From an uncultured Porphyromonas sp. (GTDB taxonomy: Bacteria; Bacteroidota; Bacteroidia; Bacteroidales; Porphyromonadaceae), in assembly GCF_938046015.1 (NCBI RefSeq), contig NZ_CALIXW010000035.1, positions 18,989 through 82,988 on the forward strand: DNA of 64,000 bases. Direction: 5' to 3'. Below are positions 50,311-59,577 of the stretch, one piece after another. Position numbers and translations under genes: made by a program. The notes beneath the pieces were generated by a model that saw only the letters and a program-made list of their open reading frames with translations, was not told the origin of the DNA and ran no database searches. Every line of letters begins with the position of its first letter. Position 1 is the first letter of the stretch.

Positions 50311-50997
50311 TTGCCTACACAAGACCTACATCCCTCACTGCGCCCTTGCCGCTATCTCGAGACCCTAGGGCTGCGGGGCGGGCAGCCGCATGCTCTGGAG
50401 CTGCACCGCGATCGGGTGCGCCGTACGCTGCTCCATGCAGGAGGGACGCCCGAGGGGCATCCACTCCTGGAGGAGCTTGTCCCCGAGCGCCTGGTGGCGC
50501 GTCTCAAAGCAGAGCTAGGGGAGGGCTACTGCGCCGATCAGCTCTACCGCCTGAGCTATAGCTACGACCGCGAGGGGATGCAGGAGCTGCGCTGCCTCGC
50601 CTACGTGCCGCGCAGGCTGCAGCGGCTCATACTCTGGGAGCTGCCCGAGGGCTTCGACTACAGCTATAAGTATGCCGATCGTAGCTTCTTCGATGCCGTG
50701 CAGGCGGAGCTACAGCAGGGGGAGCTACCGCTTTTCGTGCGCCCTGATGGGAGCCTGAGCGATACGAGCTATACCAATATCGTGCTGTGGACGGCGGCGG
50801 GCTATAGGACGCCCGAGCGCCCGCTGCTGGAGGGGACGGAGCGCAGGAGGCTCCTCGAGGCGGGGCGAATCAGTGTCGCGCCGCTGAGCGTGGCAGGCCT
50901 CTCGGCCTGCCGTGGCGTCTATCTGATCAATGCGATGATGCCGCTGGAGTCGGCACCGCTCCTCCCGCCGCCCGAGCTCGTCATACGGCGCGTATAG
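50311..50997 (+). CDS. aminotransferase class IV / aminodeoxychorismate lyase-like protein
   Basis: 228 aa. YLETLGLRGGQPHALELHRDRV resembles the fold-type IV N-terminus. Sits downstream of pabB. Confidence 0.55.
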   Translation: MPTQDLHPSLRPCRYLETLGLRGGQPHALELHRDRVRRTLLHAGGTPEGHPLLEELVPERLVARLKAELGEGYCADQLYRLSYSYDREGMQELRCLAYVPRRLQRLILWELPEGFDYSYKYADRSFFDAVQAELQQGELPLFVRPDGSLSDTSYTNIVLWTAAGYRTPERPLLEGTERRRLLEAGRISVAPLSVAGLSACRGVYLINAMMPLESAPLLPPPELVIRRV

Positions 50998-51802
50998 CCA
51001 CCGCGGCGACGAAGACGTGTACCTCCGCCACGCCTGCCTCCTCCAGTAGATCACAGAGGGCATGCAGTGTCGAGCCCGTCGTCAGGAGGTCGTCCACGAG
51101 GAGGACACGCTGGCCCTGTAGCACCCCTTGCTGCAGGGCTGCTTTATTTAGGTAGAAGGCCTGCTGGGCGTTGAGCATGCGCTGCTGTCGGTGGAGCGTG
51201 GTCTGCGAATGGCTCCCGCGGTAGCGCCCTAGGTAGTCGGCGCGGGCGGGGCAGCCGTAGTAGGCGGCGAGCGCCTCGGCCAGTAGCATCGCTTGGTTGT
51301 AGCCGCGGTAGGCGAGACGCTGGGGCTCTATCGGTACGGGGAGGATGAGGTCGATGTCGCCTCGCTGGGGACGGAGGCGGCCCTCGCTGAGGGTGGTGCG
51401 GACGATGAAGGGGGCGAGCTCGCGGTAGCCCGAGTACTTGAGGGAGGTGATCAGGCGGTGGCTGTCCTCGTCATGGTGGTAGATGGTGAGGGCTGAGAGG
51501 CTGCGGATGAGGGGCGAGCCTAGGAGGCGCTCGCTGGCTGAGGTGTGCTCCTCATGGTAGCGGGGCAGACGGCTGGCGCACTCGAGGCAGAGGCAGCGCT
51601 CACTACGCCCTAGGCGCCGCCCGCAGATCGCGCAGGGACGTGGATAGAAGAGATCTAGGATGAGGCCAAGGCTGAGCCGTGCCCAGCGGCCTAGGACGGA
51701 GCGGCTCTGGGGCGCCTGCTCTGCTGGGGGCGCTTGCTCCCGCGGCCTTGACGGCTCTTGCCGCGGCTGCTGCCCGTGGGCTCCCTCCTTAGGCTGGCTC
51801 AT
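50981..51802 (-). CDS. ComF-family phosphoribosyltransferase-domain protein
   Basis: 273 aa. N-terminal zinc-finger-like CAICG...CLCLEC and C-terminal PRTase motif VLLVDDLLTTGSTL. Confidence 0.75.
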   Translation of the reverse strand: MSQPKEGAHGQQPRQEPSRPREQAPPAEQAPQSRSVLGRWARLSLGLILDLFYPRPCAICGRRLGRSERCLCLECASRLPRYHEEHTSASERLLGSPLIRSLSALTIYHHDEDSHRLITSLKYSGYRELAPFIVRTTLSEGRLRPQRGDIDLILPVPIEPQRLAYRGYNQAMLLAEALAAYYGCPARADYLGRYRGSHSQTTLHRQQRMLNAQQAFYLNKAALQQGVLQGQRVLLVDDLLTTGSTLHALCDLLEEAGVAEVHVFVAAVAIRAV

Positions 51803-51805
51803 CGC

Positions 51806-52318
51806 TTAGTCCTCCTCCCAGTCGGCCTCCTCCGTGTCGAGGAGCTGGGTGATGGCCTCCCGCACTTCGTCGTAGTCGTAGCCGCGGTAGAGGCCGAAGC
51901 GCATCAGTCGGTCGTAGGCCTTACGGCGCTCCAGCCCCGCGGGGAGGCTGCGCTGCTTGGCGCGCAGTAGCTGCAGGACGCGGGGCTCCTCGTCCTCGGC
52001 GCTTGTCTCCTCCTCCAGTTCCTCGAGGGCGGTCGCGATCACGGAGGGGGCGATGCCGTGGCGGCGCAGCTCGTGCTCCAGGCGTCGCGGGCCCCAGCCG
52101 TTGAAGCGGTGCTTGTCGTGGACGAAGGCGCGGGCGAAGCGCTCGCCGCTCACGAAGCCCTCAGCCTCAAGCCGTGTGAGGAGCTCGGCCTGTAGCTCCT
52201 CCTCCAGCTCGAGGCGCTGCATGCGGCGGCGTAGATCACTCGGCGAGCGCTCGGCCTGAGCGCAGTAGCTAGCTAGACGGGCGTAGGCCTCCTGTGGGGT
52301 AAGCTCGGTCTGCTTCAT
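51806..52318 (-). CDS. recX: regulatory protein RecX
   Basis: 170 aa. Three-helix-repeat RecX pattern (AYARLASYCAQAERSPSDLRRRMQRL...). Confidence 0.75.
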   Translation of the reverse strand: MKQTELTPQEAYARLASYCAQAERSPSDLRRRMQRLELEEELQAELLTRLEAEGFVSGERFARAFVHDKHRFNGWGPRRLEHELRRHGIAPSVIATALEELEEETSAEDEEPRVLQLLRAKQRSLPAGLERRKAYDRLMRFGLYRGYDYDEVREAITQLLDTEEADWEED

Positions 52319-53220
52319 AGCTGTGGGCTGTAGCGGAGGTGGACAAAGCGGAGCTTGCCGCTGAGGTCACGGAGCAGCTCGGCCGTGCAGGCCTCGGGCC
52401 CGATGATACGGCGCATCGCCTCCAGCGTCTCCTCGGCGTAGCGGGGATTGAGCTCTACCCAGAGGCTGCCGCCAGGGTGTAGGTAGCCCTGCTGCACGAG
52501 CCGGGCCAGTGCCAGGTAATAGGCTATGGGGCTCGTCTCGGGGGCGAAGAGCGCCAGGTGTGGCTCGTGCTCCAGTACCTGCGGGCTCATGGCGGCGGCC
52601 TCCTCGGGATGGATGTAGGGCGGATTGCTGACGATGAGGTCGAGGCCTCGGGGCAGGGGGCCCTCTGCGCTCTGGACGAGGCGGAAGAGGTCTTCCCTAT
52701 AGAGCTGTACGCTGCGCCCTGTGGCGGCTCGGAGACTGTCGAAGTTGCGCGCGGCGACCTGCAGCGCCTCCTCGGAGAGCTCGAGGGCATAGGCGGCCTG
52801 CAGCTCGGGCAGCCCCGCAGCTAGCGCATAGGCGATACAGCCGCTCCCCGTACCTATGTCTACGAAGCTGCGGTAGCCTGCTCTAGCGGCCTCCTCGAGG
52901 ACGAGCTCCACGAGCTCCTCCGTCTCGGGGCGTGGGATGAGCACCCCTGGGGCTACGTAGAGGCTGTGCTGGAGGAAGGGCGCGTAGCCGAGGACGTACT
53001 GCAGGGGGCGTCCCGAGCCCAGCGCCTGGAGCTGCTGGAGGAGGCGCTCCCGGCAGTGGGGCGGCAAAAGCGTATCTTTGTCGGCGACAAGCAGCTGCGA
53101 GCGGGAGTAGCCCAGGGCGTCCTCTAGGAGGCGCCGCGCGATCTCTCGGGCCTCACTGCGCTCGTAGAGCGGGCTGAGGACCTCGGCCGCTGCCGTGTAA
53201 TAGGCATGTATCGTATCCAT
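52315..53220 (-). CDS. prmC: release-factor glutamine methyltransferase
   Basis: Starts MDTIHAYY, with VDIGTGSGCIA and IVSNPPYI (NPPY) motifs. The 454-aa ORF in the track extends a further 153 codons upstream, antisense to ribD; this extension is judged spurious. Confidence 0.85.
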   Translation of the reverse strand: MDTIHAYYTAAAEVLSPLYERSEAREIARRLLEDALGYSRSQLLVADKDTLLPPHCRERLLQQLQALGSGRPLQYVLGYAPFLQHSLYVAPGVLIPRPETEELVELVLEEAARAGYRSFVDIGTGSGCIAYALAAGLPELQAAYALELSEEALQVAARNFDSLRAATGRSVQLYREDLFRLVQSAEGPLPRGLDLIVSNPPYIHPEEAAAMSPQVLEHEPHLALFAPETSPIAYYLALARLVQQGYLHPGGSLWVELNPRYAEETLEAMRRIIGPEACTAELLRDLSGKLRFVHLRYSPQL

Positions 53221-53244
53221 TAGGAGCAAAAGTAAGGATAAGTA

Positions 53245-54255
53245 ATGACAGAGGCGCAGCAGTATATGCGACGTGCGCTGGAGCTGGCAGCTCTGGGGCA
53301 AGGACAGACGGGGACCAATCCTATGGTGGGGGCGGTGCTCGTGCATGAGGGGCGTATCATCGGCGAGGGCTACCACCATAGCTACGGGCAGCCGCATGCC
53401 GAGGTGATGGCCGTGCGTAGCGTCACCCAGCCCGAGCTCCTCGGGGAGGCGACGCTCTACGTGACCCTCGAGCCCTGCGCGCACTATGGCAAGACGCCGC
53501 CCTGTGCCGAGCTCATCTGCACGGTGGGCATCCCGCGCGTGGTCGTGGCGACGCTCGACCCCTTCCCCGAGGTCTCGGGGCGCGGCATCGAGCGCCTGCG
53601 CCGCGCAGGTATCGAGGTGACGCTGGGCGTGCTGGAGGCTGAGGCGTGGGCGCTCAATGCCCCCTTCTTCACCGCGCACACCCTACATCGCCCCTTCGTC
53701 ACGCTCAAGTGGGCGCAGAGCCTCGACGCCTTCATGGACAGCCCGCGTCAGGATCGCAGCCTCGCGCCCGTCACCTTCAGCTCCCCGCTGCAGCAGCGCT
53801 CGGTGCACGCCGCGCGTATGGAGCATGAGGCCATCCTCGTAGGCTACCGCACGGCGCTGCTGGACGATCCCCAGCTCTCCAACCGCCTGTGGTATGGCCG
53901 CTCCCCCCTGCGCGTGGTGCTCGACCCCCAGCTGCAGCTCCCTCCAGAGCTGCGCCTCTTCTCGGACGCAGGTGCCCCGACGCTCATCGTCCACCTCGAG
54001 GCTGCACGCTCGCGCCGCCGTGAGGGGCTAGACGCGGCGCGCCTCAGCTACCTCGCCCTCGAGGGCGAGCGTATCGAGCCGCAGCAGCTCCTGCAGCGCC
54101 TCTACGCAGACTACGGCATCCAGTCGTTGCTGGTGGAGGGTGGGGGAGCGACCCTGCAGCGCTTCGTCGACAGTGGGCTCTACGACGCCCTCTGTATTGA
54201 GGTCTCGGCGCAGCACCTCGGGGAGGGCGTCCCAGCACCCCGTCTGCCTCGCTAG
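53245..54255 (+). CDS. ribD: bifunctional riboflavin biosynthesis deaminase/reductase
   Basis: 336 aa. CMP/dCMP deaminase zinc motif HAEVMA...TLEPCAHYGKTPPC and a C-terminal reductase domain. Confidence 0.9.
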   Translation: MTEAQQYMRRALELAALGQGQTGTNPMVGAVLVHEGRIIGEGYHHSYGQPHAEVMAVRSVTQPELLGEATLYVTLEPCAHYGKTPPCAELICTVGIPRVVVATLDPFPEVSGRGIERLRRAGIEVTLGVLEAEAWALNAPFFTAHTLHRPFVTLKWAQSLDAFMDSPRQDRSLAPVTFSSPLQQRSVHAARMEHEAILVGYRTALLDDPQLSNRLWYGRSPLRVVLDPQLQLPPELRLFSDAGAPTLIVHLEAARSRRREGLDAARLSYLALEGERIEPQQLLQRLYADYGIQSLLVEGGGATLQRFVDSGLYDALCIEVSAQHLGEGVPAPRLPR

Positions 54256-54294
54256 TATCCCTCCTACCCCAGCTCCCTATATACCTATATTATT

Positions 54295-55476
54295 ATGACC
54301 CTAAGTCAGGCTATCGCGCCCCTCGAGGAGCGCATCGCACGCAGCGGGATCGCTGAGCCCCGCATCGCCGCCCTCGTCTCGGGCGGCGTGGACAGCTCGG
54401 TCGTCGTGCATCTGCTGTGCGCGGCAGGCTACCGCCCTACGCTCTTCTACATCCAGATCGGGATGGAGGAGCGCGGCTTCGCGGACTGCAGCTGGGAGGA
54501 TGACCTGGAGATCGTCCAGCATCTGGCGCGCCGCTACGACTGCCCGCTGGAGGTCGTCTCGCTGCATGAGGAGTACTGGGCCAGCGTGGTGCAGTACACG
54601 ATCGACACGGTGAAGAAGGGGCTGACGCCTAATCCCGACATGATGTGCAATAAGCTCATCAAGTTCGGTTGCTTCGAGGAGAAGTGGGGGCATGACTTCG
54701 ACTTCATCGCCACGGGGCACTATGCCACGACCTGCTACGAGGGCGATCAGCTCTACCTGAGTACGGCGCCCGACCCAGTGAAGGACCAGACGGACTTCCT
54801 AGCGCAGATCAACTTTGCCCAGGTTAGTAAGCTCCTCTTCCCCACGGGGCACCTCCTCAAGAGCGAGGTACGGCAGCTGGCCGAGGAGGCGCATCTGTTG
54901 AGTGCCAAGCGTAAGGACAGCCAGGGGATCTGCTTCCTAGGGAAGGTCAACTATAACGAGTTCATCGAGCGCGCCCTCGGCACGCGCGAGGGGCTCATCA
55001 TCGAGCGCGAGACGGGCAAGGTGCTGGGCAAGCACCGCGGCTACTGGTTTCACACAATCGGCCAGCGCAAGGGGCTGGGGCTGAGCGGCGGGCCGTGGTT
55101 CGTCGTGAAGAAGAATATCCGTCGTAATATCATCCTCGTCAGCCAGGGCTACGACCCTGCCGACCAGTACGGTGAGCACGTGGTGATGGAGCAGTGCGAC
55201 TTCATCAGCCTCGACCCGTGGAGCCGCGCGGCGAGCCTCGAGGCAGGGACGGCGGTCGTGGTGCCGCCTGCCGAGCGCCAGCCCATAGCCGTGAGCTTCA
55301 AGATCCGCCACACGCCCGAGTTCACCCGCGGCGTCCTCAGCTACGATCCTGAGACGGGCTACCGCATCGACAGCGCCGAGCCCATTCAGGGCATTGCCCC
55401 AGGGCAGTATGCCGTCGTCTATTCGGAGGATCATCACCTCTGCTTCGGTAGCGGGATGATTACGAAGGGCTTCTAG
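54295..55476 (+). CDS. mnmA: tRNA-specific 2-thiouridylase
   Basis: 393 aa. PP-loop ALVSGGVDSSV and the MnmA middle/C-terminal domains. Confidence 0.85.
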   Translation: MTLSQAIAPLEERIARSGIAEPRIAALVSGGVDSSVVVHLLCAAGYRPTLFYIQIGMEERGFADCSWEDDLEIVQHLARRYDCPLEVVSLHEEYWASVVQYTIDTVKKGLTPNPDMMCNKLIKFGCFEEKWGHDFDFIATGHYATTCYEGDQLYLSTAPDPVKDQTDFLAQINFAQVSKLLFPTGHLLKSEVRQLAEEAHLLSAKRKDSQGICFLGKVNYNEFIERALGTREGLIIERETGKVLGKHRGYWFHTIGQRKGLGLSGGPWFVVKKNIRRNIILVSQGYDPADQYGEHVVMEQCDFISLDPWSRAASLEAGTAVVVPPAERQPIAVSFKIRHTPEFTRGVLSYDPETGYRIDSAEPIQGIAPGQYAVVYSEDHHLCFGSGMITKGF

Positions 55477-55522
55477 CAGCGCCCTTCCCACGAGGCGGCC
55501 TAGCGATCTAGGCCGCTATAGG

Positions 55523-55571
55523 GCGAGCGCCCGCAGTACCTCTACGGAGGTGCTGCGGGCGCTCGCCTTTT
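55523..55571 (+). terminator. intrinsic terminator after mnmA
   Basis: gcgagcgcccgcag ... ctgcgggcgctcgc followed by cttttgtg. Confidence 0.6.
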
Positions 55572-55660
55572 GTGTCTTCCCCTCCTGCTCCTCACCCCGC
55601 CTCGCGCCTAGAGAAGGGGACGAAGCGCCCCCGCAGAGTCTCGAGCTAAAGGGGAGGACC

Positions 55661-55746
55661 CGTGAGGGATATCAGTGGACGCCGTGAGGGTCGTCCGTCA
55701 GCACCGTGAGGGACGTCAGTCAGCAGGATGAGGGATATCCCTCACG
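55661..55746. repeat. array of 4 units of the 22-bp near-palindromic repeat
   Basis: gtgagggatatcagtggacgcc / gtgagggtcgtccgtcagcacc / gtgagggacgtcagtcagcaggat / gagggatatccctcacgg. Confidence 0.85.
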
Positions 55747-56004
55747 GAGCCAGCAGGGAGCACTTGGCGTCCGCCCTGCCCTTTGGGGGCGAGCGGAGCA
55801 GTCGCGAGGGGTGGGTTTGGAGCTACGTCTTGCCTTCGCTCGGCGTAGGGTGGGCGTGTGGCGCGCTGGGAGATGGGAATCTTTACACTTCGGGGGCTTG
55901 CTTTCAAAAACTTACCTGAGCACCTCAGCAGCCCGCTCGGACGAGCTGCCGAGCCCAAGGGTGCTAGAGGCTCAGTGGGGACTTTGTAGTTCGGCGAAAT
56001 AGCC

Positions 56005-56012
56005 TATCTTTG
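56005..56012 (+). promoter_or_regulatory. possible -7 box TATCTTTG for the susC/susD pair (long leader)
   Basis: TAnnTTTG motif 243 bp upstream of the susC ATG. Confidence 0.3.
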
Positions 56013-56254
56013 CCGAACGACAAATGGGGCGTTGGAGGCCTCCTTACTACACATAGTTATACAATACAGCGCTACCGCATGACGCGATATGCACAGGCCG
56101 CATTGCCTGCAAGATGCTCTCTCGGGCCGCTCTACTCGAGACCAGGAGCCCCCATAGCCCCACTACACTGCTAACGGATTACTCGTACGGACATGCTCGT
56201 CCTATCGTATAATACTTCACTAAACTCTCTATTATTCACTAAAACTCTACTCAC

Positions 56255-59200
56255 ATGAAACGAGCATTACTGTCGCTCGTCATCCTCTGCATGACGACGA
56301 TCGCTGCTTGGGCTCAGGGTAAGGTGATCACGGGGCGCGTCCTCGACAAGGCAGGCGAGGCCGTCATCGGCGCCAGCGTGCTGGAGGTCGGGACGACCAA
56401 CGGTAGCCTTACCGACATCGAGGGGCGCTTCAAGCTGACCCTACGGAACACGAAGTCCATCCTCACCATCTCCAGTGTCGGCTATCAGACGCAGAAGATC
56501 CAGCTCGTAGGGCTGGACCTCAGCAAGCCGATCACCGTACGCCTCGTCGACGAGGCACGCGTCACGGATGAGGTGGTCGTCACAGCCTATGGCGGTCGTC
56601 AGCTGCGTAGCAAGATGACCAACTCCGTAGCCACGGTACGCAACGAGAGTCTCAAGCAGGGGCTCTTCTCCAACCCCGCACAGGCCCTCTCGGGTGCTGT
56701 CTCTGGGCTCCGTGTCCAGCAGACCTCCGGTAGCCCAGGTGCGGCACCTACCCTCGTACTGCGTGGGGGGACCAACCTCGACGGCTCGGGCTCGCCTCTG
56801 GTCGTCATCGACGGTCAGGTGCGCAGCGGTCTGAATGACATCAACCCTGAGGACATCGAGTCCATGGAGGTCATGAAGGATGCTGGGGCTACGGCTATCT
56901 ACGGTGCTCGTGCCAATAACGGGGTGATCCTCATCACCACCAAGCGCGGTAAGGCTGGCTTCAGCGAGATCCGCTTCAAGGCTAAGGTCAGTGCCAACTA
57001 CTTCCACGACCTCTACGAGTTCCTCGGCTCGGAGGACTACATCCGCATGCAGCGCATGGCCATCAAGCGCTCCTCGGAGGTCTTCACCAACTCCCGCGGT
57101 CAGCTCGTCGGCTACACCAATCAGACCTCGCTGTCGGGTAACGTCGGCTACGGTACGGGACGCTCCTACTTCGATCAGGATGGCGTCACTCCGCTCGATG
57201 GGAACAAGAACGCTCTGGCGACCTATGGCCTCTATGAGTACAACGACAACCTCAAGTTCCTCCTCGATCAGGGCTGGAAGACCATGACCGACCCTGTGAC
57301 GGGCAAGAAGCTCATCTTCTCTGAGGAAGGTGGCCTGCGCCAGCACAACATCAAGGACGTCGCCATGAGCCAGGACTACAACCTGAGCTTCACGGGCGGT
57401 AATGATAGGGGGAACTACTACGCCAACATCGGCTACAACCACAGCAACGGTAATGCGCTGGTCGACTGGTACAAGCGTATCAACTTCGCCCTCAACGCCG
57501 ACTACAAGATCCGCCCTTGGCTGACCTCCAACTCCAGCTTTGCCTTCACGCGTGCTGACTGGGATAAGCTGGGTAATGATGATGCCAACTACTTTGGCCG
57601 TGCCCTGGGTCTGCCCCCGACGCTCCGCCTACGCAATGCCCAGGGTCAGCTGCTCATCGGCCTCGGTGGTGGGGATATCAACTACAAGGTCGTCAAGGAT
57701 AGCTACCTCCGCGACAATAAGACCAATAAGTTCAGCATGAGCCAGGCCTTCACCATCAACTTCCTCAAGGAGCTGACGCTGAAGCTGAGCGGTAACTGGT
57801 ACTTCTCTCAGGCGTGGAATGAGTCCTTCAACCGTGACCGCCTCACGGCTCCTGGACAGTGGTATCGCTCGCGCTATAGCTACGCTGGTGCCTCAGAGAC
57901 CCTCGACCAGACCTACAATGCGGTGCTGAACTACAACAAGACGCTCTTCGAGAAGCACAACCTCAGCCTCATGGCCGGTACCGAGTACTACGACAGCTAC
58001 TACAAGGGGCTCAGCGCCTCGGGCTCGGAGGCTAAGGTGGACGACTTTGCCGCCCTCGGCTATACCTCCGACGAGAAGGGCAAGCGCTCTACCGTCAGCT
58101 CCCACACGCATCTGCGTATCCTCTCCTACTTCGGCCGTGCCAACTATGACTACGATGGTCGCTACCTCCTCTCGCTGGTCGCTCGCTATGACGGCTACTC
58201 CAAGCTGGTGGATAACCGCTGGGGCTTCTTCCCTGGACTCTCTGCTGGCTGGGTGCTTTCGCGCGAGAACTTCTACAATCAGCTCAGCGGGCTGAAGGAC
58301 GTGCTTAACTTCGCCAAGCTCCGCGTCAGCTACGGGAGCAATGGTAACGTCTCCGGCATCGGCGCCTATGACCTCTACGGTCGCTATGGCCTGTCTAAGT
58401 ACGGCGGCAACGAAGCCATCTCCCTCACCAGCCTGCCTAACTACGGCCTCCGCTGGGAGAAGACCAATACCTTCGAGCTAGGGGCTGACCTCGGCTTCTT
58501 CAACAACCGCCTGATGGCGAACCTGACCTACTACAATCGTATCACGGTCGACAAGTTCGCCAGCATGCCCATCACCTCGCACTCAGGGATCTCGGGCTAC
58601 AGCACCAACAACGGCTCGCTGCGCAACCGAGGCTTTGAGTTCGACCTCACGGCACGCATCATCTCCACCAAGGACTGGACCTGGAATGCGAGCCTCAATG
58701 GTGGCTTCAACAAGAACACCATCCTCAAGCTGCCGAACAACGGCCTAGAGCGCAACCGTCAGGGTGCCTATGAGGTCTACACCGGCAACGGCAACGAGAA
58801 GAAGTGGGTAGGCGGCTATCAGGAAGGTCAGAGCCCTGGTGACATCTACGCCTTCAAGGCCGAGGGCCTCTACCGCACCGAGGCAGAGATCCCCGAGAAC
58901 CTCATCGACAAGGTCCCTGGCAAGAACCTCTACGGGCCTAAGGCCTGGGCTAACCTCGATGCCGCTACCAAGGACGCCATCAAGGCCCTGCCTATCCAGC
59001 CCGGTGATGTACGCTGGCGCGACGTCAACGGCGACGGCGTGATCGACCAGTACGACCGCGTCTACATCGGTCGCTCGACGCCTCTGGTGACGGGCGGATT
59101 CAACACGCAGCTCACCTGGCGCCAGCTCACCCTCTCGGCTCGCCTAGACTACGCGCTCGGCCACCACGTGATCGACGGCCGTACGCCTTGGATCCTGGGG

Positions 59201-59572
59201 AACATGCAGGGGACCTTCAACACGCTGACGATCGCTCGTGATAAGACCTTCAGCGCTGAGAACCCCAACGCCGAGTACTCGCCCTACGTCTGGGCCGACC
59301 AGCTCGGGAAGTCCAACTTCTACCGTAGCTCCTCGCAGTTCATCTACCGTGGCGACTACCTCGCCTTCCGTGAGATCGCCCTCAGCTACCGTGTGCCCGA
59401 GTTCCTCACCAAGAAGATGGCCATGAATAGCCTCGAGCTCTCGCTGACGGCGCAGAACCTCGGCTACCTCACCGCTGCTAAGCTCGTCTATTCGCCTGAG
59501 CCAGGTGCAGACACCATGGGTGGCTACAGCCTGCCTCGTACGCTGGTCTTCGGGCTCAATGTCGGATTCTAA
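56255..59572 (+). CDS. SusC/RagA-family TonB-linked outer-membrane transporter
   Basis: 1105 aa with signal peptide. CarboxypepD_reg N-terminus, plug domain (ITGRVLDKAGEAVIGASV), TonB box region and a long barrel. Immediately followed by a SusD-like gene. Confidence 0.9.
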   Translation: MKRALLSLVILCMTTIAAWAQGKVITGRVLDKAGEAVIGASVLEVGTTNGSLTDIEGRFKLTLRNTKSILTISSVGYQTQKIQLVGLDLSKPITVRLVDEARVTDEVVVTAYGGRQLRSKMTNSVATVRNESLKQGLFSNPAQALSGAVSGLRVQQTSGSPGAAPTLVLRGGTNLDGSGSPLVVIDGQVRSGLNDINPEDIESMEVMKDAGATAIYGARANNGVILITTKRGKAGFSEIRFKAKVSANYFHDLYEFLGSEDYIRMQRMAIKRSSEVFTNSRGQLVGYTNQTSLSGNVGYGTGRSYFDQDGVTPLDGNKNALATYGLYEYNDNLKFLLDQGWKTMTDPVTGKKLIFSEEGGLRQHNIKDVAMSQDYNLSFTGGNDRGNYYANIGYNHSNGNALVDWYKRINFALNADYKIRPWLTSNSSFAFTRADWDKLGNDDANYFGRALGLPPTLRLRNAQGQLLIGLGGGDINYKVVKDSYLRDNKTNKFSMSQAFTINFLKELTLKLSGNWYFSQAWNESFNRDRLTAPGQWYRSRYSYAGASETLDQTYNAVLNYNKTLFEKHNLSLMAGTEYYDSYYKGLSASGSEAKVDDFAALGYTSDEKGKRSTVSSHTHLRILSYFGRANYDYDGRYLLSLVARYDGYSKLVDNRWGFFPGLSAGWVLSRENFYNQLSGLKDVLNFAKLRVSYGSNGNVSGIGAYDLYGRYGLSKYGGNEAISLTSLPNYGLRWEKTNTFELGADLGFFNNRLMANLTYYNRITVDKFASMPITSHSGISGYSTNNGSLRNRGFEFDLTARIISTKDWTWNASLNGGFNKNTILKLPNNGLERNRQGAYEVYTGNGNEKKWVGGYQEGQSPGDIYAFKAEGLYRTEAEIPENLIDKVPGKNLYGPKAWANLDAATKDAIKALPIQPGDVRWRDVNGDGVIDQYDRVYIGRSTPLVTGGFNTQLTWRQLTLSARLDYALGHHVIDGRTPWILGNMQGTFNTLTIARDKTFSAENPNAEYSPYVWADQLGKSNFYRSSSQFIYRGDYLAFREIALSYRVPEFLTKKMAMNSLELSLTAQNLGYLTAAKLVYSPEPGADTMGGYSLPRTLVFGLNVGF

Positions 59573-59577
59573 TGTGA

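Noticed and set aside
53220-53245. FMN riboswitch upstream of ribD
   Set aside because: Only 24 bp separate the prmC and ribD start codons, which leaves no room for an FMN element.
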